This document shows, one piece after another, positions 44,683-49,082 of a stretch of 49,082 nucleotides of DNA. A program made the position numbers and the translations under genes. The first letter of the stretch is position 1, and the number at the start of each line of letters is the position of its first letter. The DNA lies in IMG/VR virus record IMGVR_UViG_3300032270_001256, positions 1 to 49,082 of that record; one strand, 5' to 3'. The DNA comes from a virus. Its lineage: Duplodnaviria; Caudoviricetes. The notes beneath the pieces were generated by a model that saw nothing but the letters and a program-made list of their open reading frames with translations, searched no databases and was not told where the DNA came from.

Positions 44683-46091
44683 TGGCACTCAATCCCTTTT
44701 TCTTACAAGGTTCTTCAGGAGAACAAAATTTAGTACAGGATTTAGTCAACGAACATCTTAGAATGTTTGGAATTGAAGTATATTATATTCCAAGAAAATA
44801 TATTGATAGCGATAACATTATTAAAGAAGTTAAGTCTTCAAAATTTGATAGTAATTTTATTATAGAAGCATATCTCAATAATTATGAGGGGTATGGTGCT
44901 AATTATGATATTATGTCAAAATTTGGACTTAAATTAACAAGTGAAATTACATTAACAATTTCAAAAGAAAGATTTGAGGAATTCATTACTCCATTTTTAC
45001 AGGATATTCTTGCTGGAACTGAGGCAGATCCAAATCTTGATGATGGGGCAAAATTATTATTTGCAACTCGTCCAAAAGAAGGTGATTTAATTTATTTTCC
45101 ACTTGGAGAAAGAGTTTTTGAAATAAAAAGAGTAGAATTTGAAAATCCCTTTTATCAATTGGGTAAAAATTATGTTTATGATCTCAAGTGCGAACTCTTT
45201 GAACTTGAAGATGAACTTATTGATACTAATATTGAAGAAATTCAAGACACTATAAAAGATGTTGGTTATATTACAACTTTAATATTGGTTGGAGCAGGAG
45301 TAACTGCAACAGCAACTGCCACCAGAGCATCTTCTGGAGTAGTGGGACAAATATACTTCAACAATGATGGATCAAATTATACTTCTACACCAACTGTAAC
45401 CTTTGATGCTCCACCAGTTGGCGGACTTAGGGCAACAGCAGTGGCAATAACTACTGATTCTGTTAGATCAAAATCTATCAGTACTATCCAATTAACTAAT
45501 TGTGGTTTTGGATACACCTCTGTACCAAATATTACAATTAGTGGTGGGGGTGGTACAGGTGCAGCTGCTACTGCAAGCATTGTTAATAATGCAGTATATA
45601 CGATAGGTTTGACAACTGCTGGAAGTAACTATTACACCGTTCCTACGGTAACTATTGCACCTCCTGTTGGATCTGGAAAGACTGCAACAGCAATTGCTAC
45701 TATTTCCAATGGAGTTATAAGTGGATTTAGAATTACTAATGCTGGAGCTGGATATTCTACTAATCCTACCGTTACAATTTCATCTCCACCAGCGACCGGA
45801 ATAGGTACATTTCAGAATAATGAAGAAATTGTTGGGTCTATTTCTGGTACAAGAGCATTTATTAAGAGTTGGAAAAATCAAAGTGGTGAAAAAGTTCTTA
45901 AAGTATCAATAAATACTGGTAAATTCTATCCAGGAGAGACTGTCATAGGAGTAGCCTCTTCTGCGATATATAGTGTTAAATCTTTTGAGGCATATGATCT
46001 TTATGATCCATATGCAGAAAACGTACAAATTGAAACGGCGGCAGATCAAATTTTAGATTTTTCAGAATCAAATCCATTTGGTAATTATTAA
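44682..46091 (+). CDS. gp14: Neck protein gp14 with inserted beta repeats
   Basis: EQNLVQDL, YYIPR, SKFGL, RPKEGDLIYFP, FYQLGK, DFSESNPFG. Confidence 0.9.
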   Translation: MALNPFFLQGSSGEQNLVQDLVNEHLRMFGIEVYYIPRKYIDSDNIIKEVKSSKFDSNFIIEAYLNNYEGYGANYDIMSKFGLKLTSEITLTISKERFEEFITPFLQDILAGTEADPNLDDGAKLLFATRPKEGDLIYFPLGERVFEIKRVEFENPFYQLGKNYVYDLKCELFELEDELIDTNIEEIQDTIKDVGYITTLILVGAGVTATATATRASSGVVGQIYFNNDGSNYTSTPTVTFDAPPVGGLRATAVAITTDSVRSKSISTIQLTNCGFGYTSVPNITISGGGGTGAAATASIVNNAVYTIGLTTAGSNYYTVPTVTIAPPVGSGKTATAIATISNGVISGFRITNAGAGYSTNPTVTISSPPATGIGTFQNNEEIVGSISGTRAFIKSWKNQSGEKVLKVSINTGKFYPGETVIGVASSAIYSVKSFEAYDLYDPYAENVQIETAADQILDFSESNPFGNY

Positions 46092-46888
46092 TGTTAGGAA
46101 CCTACTATTATCACGAAATTATAAGAAAAACCATTATTGGTTTTGGAACTTTATTTAATGAGATTTATATCAGACATAAAGATGCTCAGGACGGCACTTT
46201 ATCTGAAATGAAGGTTCCTCTTGCATATGGTCCCACACAGAAGTTTCTTGCAAAAATTCAACAGCAACAGGAATTAAGCAAGCCAATTGCAATGACATTA
46301 CCAAGAATGTCATTTGAGATGGTGTCCATACAATATGATGCAAGTAGAAAGTCTGGTGTTACTCAAAATTTTAAAGCTAGTGATGGTGTGAATTTAAAGA
46401 AAGTTTATATGCCAGTTCCATACAATATTGGATTTGAATTATCGGTTCTTACCAAATTAAATGATGATGCTCTTCAAATTGTTGAACAGATTCTACCATA
46501 TTTCCAACCATCTTTTAATATAACAATTGATTTAGTTGAATCAATTGGAGAAAAAAGAGATATTCCTATTGTATTGAATAATGTCTCATTTCAAGATGAT
46601 TATGAAGGAGATTTTTCCACAAGACGATCATTGATTTATACTTTTGGATTTACTGCCAAAACTTATCTATTCGGTCCTGTTGCGGCGACTACTGATGGTC
46701 TCATTCGTAAGGTTCAAGTTGATACATATGCGGGAACTGATATTAATACTTCCACCCGTGAAATGAGATATACAGTAACTCCAGATCCTCTTAATGCTGG
46801 ACCAGATGATGACTTTGGATTTAATGAGACAATTCAAATATTCTCCGATTCCAAAAAATTTAGCCCAACTCAACAAAAAGATATTTGA
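46091..46888 (+). CDS. gp15: Tail sheath stabilizer/terminator gp15
   Basis: YYYHEIIRK, VPLAYGP, LPRMSFE, QIVEQILPYFQP. Confidence 0.92.
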   Translation: MLGTYYYHEIIRKTIIGFGTLFNEIYIRHKDAQDGTLSEMKVPLAYGPTQKFLAKIQQQQELSKPIAMTLPRMSFEMVSIQYDASRKSGVTQNFKASDGVNLKKVYMPVPYNIGFELSVLTKLNDDALQIVEQILPYFQPSFNITIDLVESIGEKRDIPIVLNNVSFQDDYEGDFSTRRSLIYTFGFTAKTYLFGPVAATTDGLIRKVQVDTYAGTDINTSTREMRYTVTPDPLNAGPDDDFGFNETIQIFSDSKKFSPTQQKDI

Positions 46889-46898
46889 TTATTGAACT

Positions 46899-47312
46899 AT
46901 GGACGATGTTATTGGCAAAGCTTTAAATATAGAAGCAAGCATTGTTGAGGTAGATAACTCTTCTTCTGATGTTGAAGTTGTTAAGCCAACTTCTAATGAT
47001 ATTAAAAAAGATTATGAGTATAGTAGGGCAAATTTGTATTCTTTGATTGAAAAGGGTCAAGAAGCAATTAATGGAATTATGGAACTTGCCGGAGAAGGAG
47101 GAAGTGCAAGGGCATATGAAGTTGCGGGACAACTCATTAAGAGTGTTGCGGATACAACTGATAAGTTAATTGACTTACAAAAAAAACTAAAGGATATTGA
47201 AGAAGACAGTCCAAAGACAACAAATAATGTCACTAATACTGCCCTATTTGTTGGATCAACATCTGAATTATCAAAAATACTTAAACAAGGTTTTCTAAAT
47301 AATAAAGAGTAA
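46899..47312 (+). CDS. gp16: Terminase small subunit gp16
   Basis: DYEYSRANL, RAYEVAGQLIK, ALFVGSTSEL. Confidence 0.9.
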   Translation: MDDVIGKALNIEASIVEVDNSSSDVEVVKPTSNDIKKDYEYSRANLYSLIEKGQEAINGIMELAGEGGSARAYEVAGQLIKSVADTTDKLIDLQKKLKDIEEDSPKTTNNVTNTALFVGSTSELSKILKQGFLNNKE

Positions 47313-47325
47313 AGGTTAGAATACA

Positions 47326-49082
47326 TTGGATCATCTAAAGCCTCATAAATCTGTTGAGCAGATTGCAAAGAAGCACCGCCTTGAGGTTTCCTTTGTAAAG
47401 CATCAACTTGAGATGGGTATTCCTATTGAGCACGAGCACACAAAGGATAAGGTTTTAGCAACTGATATTGCTTTACAGCATTTGGATGAAATTCCAGACT
47501 ATTATACTCGTTTGAAAAAAATGGAAGCAGATGCTAAAAGGCATCATAAAAAGTTTAAGGATGTAAAAGAAGAAACTAAGTCTGGAGATCAAGGTCTTCA
47601 CGACTGGTTTGGTAAATCAAAATCTTCTGACGGTAAAAAGGGTTGGGTTCAGTTAGGTGGAAAATTTGCAGGAAAACCTTGTGCTCGTCAAGAAGGACAA
47701 ACTTCTACTCCAAAATGTGGTAGTTCTAAGATGGCAGCAAATCTTTCTCCAGAAGAAGAAGAAAAAGCAAGAAGAAGAAAAAATAGATTAGATCCAAATC
47801 AACCAGAAAAAACTGGGGCATCAAAACCAACAAATGTAAGGACGGAAGAAATGAATCTCCAAGAAGTAAAGGATAAAGCAAGCAAAGGCAGTGGTAAAAA
47901 AGATGCTTGCTATAATAAAGTAAAATCAAGATATGATGTTTGGCCTAGTGCATATGCTTCTGGGGCACTCGTTAAATGTCGTAAAGTTGGTGCTGCAAAT
48001 TGGGGAACAAAAAGTGAAGCGGCAAATCCTGCTCAACAAGCAGCAATCGCAATCAATATGAAGAAAAAGGGAATCAAACCAAAATCAGAAATGAAAGAAG
48101 ATTGTTGGGATGGATATGAAGCAAAGGGTATGAAGAAAAAGGGCAAAAAGATGGTTCCAAATTGTGTTCCTGTTAAGGAAGAAACTGGGATGGTAAGATA
48201 TTGTCCAAAATGTAAAAAAGAAGAAACAAGTTCGGAATGTAAATATGGTTCCAAGTATTGGGATATGTTCTCAATGCCAATTAAATTGAAAGATTATGAT
48301 GGAAATTCTCCACATCCAGGAAACTTTCCAGAAGCATACGATCACGAGTATTCAATGGCTCGTTCTGAGATTTCTACAATTATTGGTGCGGCAAAGAGAC
48401 TGAGAAAAAAAATTAGTAAGGGTGAAGGTAATATTGAGGCTTGGGTTCAATCAAAAATTACCAAAGCAGCAGATTATCTTGATGCCGCAGCTGATTATGT
48501 TGATAGTGGTGAAATGAAAAAGGAAAGTGTATCTATTGAAGATGCTAATGGAAATCATTATGCAGAATTTATTGATATTATCAAACCAGAACCACTGAAG
48601 GCAAGTAAGGGTATCGGAAGTCAATTGGTTAGTGAAGAACCTGGAGATGGATACATTGGACCTGCAAGATTGGGAATTAAAAACCCATTAGCATCTAATG
48701 CTACTAGAGCAGCTGCCGATAAAAAAAGATCAGCGGGTCAATCCAAAGAAGGTGGTTTAGTAGGTAGGTTGCAACAAAGGGCAGATGCAACTGATGCTGC
48801 TATCAAGATGCTCAATCAATCATATTATCCAGAAAGAAAATCGTTTAATCAATTTATGTCTGAGGCATCACCCGCTTGGCAAAGAAAAGAGGGAAAGAAT
48901 TCTGAGGGTGGTCTAAATAAAAAAGGAATTGCTTCTTACCGCAAAGAGAATCCTGGATCAAACCTCTCACTTGCGGTTACAACAGAACCTTCCAAATTAA
49001 AAAAAGGATCAAAATCAGCAAATCGCAGAAAGTCATTTTGTTCCCGTATGAGTGGAATGAAAAAGAAACTCAAATCGGCAAA
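47326..49082 (+). CDS. Multi-module protein (>585 aa, 3'-truncated, not in track); possible internal head polyprotein
   Basis: Frame read stop-free from TTG 47326 to the window end; modules MGIPIEHEHT..PDYYTRL, WPSAYASGALVKC, CWDGY..VPNCVP, AWQRKEGKN..GGLN. Confidence 0.8.
   Translation, partial: MDHLKPHKSVEQIAKKHRLEVSFVKHQLEMGIPIEHEHTKDKVLATDIALQHLDEIPDYYTRLKKMEADAKRHHKKFKDVKEETKSGDQGLHDWFGKSKSSDGKKGWVQLGGKFAGKPCARQEGQTSTPKCGSSKMAANLSPEEEEKARRRKNRLDPNQPEKTGASKPTNVRTEEMNLQEVKDKASKGSGKKDACYNKVKSRYDVWPSAYASGALVKCRKVGAANWGTKSEAANPAQQAAIAINMKKKGIKPKSEMKEDCWDGYEAKGMKKKGKKMVPNCVPVKEETGMVRYCPKCKKEETSSECKYGSKYWDMFSMPIKLKDYDGNSPHPGNFPEAYDHEYSMARSEISTIIGAAKRLRKKISKGEGNIEAWVQSKITKAADYLDAAADYVDSGEMKKESVSIEDANGNHYAEFIDIIKPEPLKASKGIGSQLVSEEPGDGYIGPARLGIKNPLASNATRAAADKKRSAGQSKEGGLVGRLQQRADATDAAIKMLNQSYYPERKSFNQFMSEASPAWQRKEGKNSEGGLNKKGIASYRKENPGSNLSLAVTTEPSKLKKGSKSANRRKSFCSRMSGMKKKLKSA

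Noticed and set aside
1-49082. tRNA or rRNA genes
   Set aside because: No cloverleaf with T-loop/D-loop signatures was noticed in the intergenic gaps; tRNAscan-SE would be decisive

Overview
A 49 kb segment of a T4-like cyanophage (cyanomyovirus). All credible genes are on the + strand. Positions 1-16.3 kb form an accessory/early region of short ORFs, including an LpxH-like metallophosphoesterase, a 2OG-Fe(II) oxygenase, cp12, an HEXXH peptidase, a putative restriction endonuclease-HNH-methyltransferase cassette, an ArdA-like anti-restriction protein, a ligase-motif protein and an orphan HicA-like RNase. This region is organised by nine copies of a 24-bp palindrome lying 29-31 bp upstream of a -10 box. 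It also contains an origin-like non-coding locus at 11.2-11.8 kb: an AT-rich tract, cyanobacterial-type DnaA boxes, 11-bp tandem repeats and palindromes spaced 31 bp apart. Positions 16.3-18.7 kb hold a GT-A-like protein, a possible ATP-grasp protein and speD. Positions 18.7-49 kb are the virion morphogenesis module: gp25, gp6, a 4333-aa gp7-like protein, gp8, a 2391-aa structural protein, gp13-gp16 and a truncated multi-module ORF that looks like a protease-processed head polyprotein. The most striking observation is a domain inside the giant baseplate protein that resembles a phycobiliprotein beta subunit, with the PGGN motif and both bilin-attachment cysteines. All family assignments come from reading motifs by eye; no searches were run.
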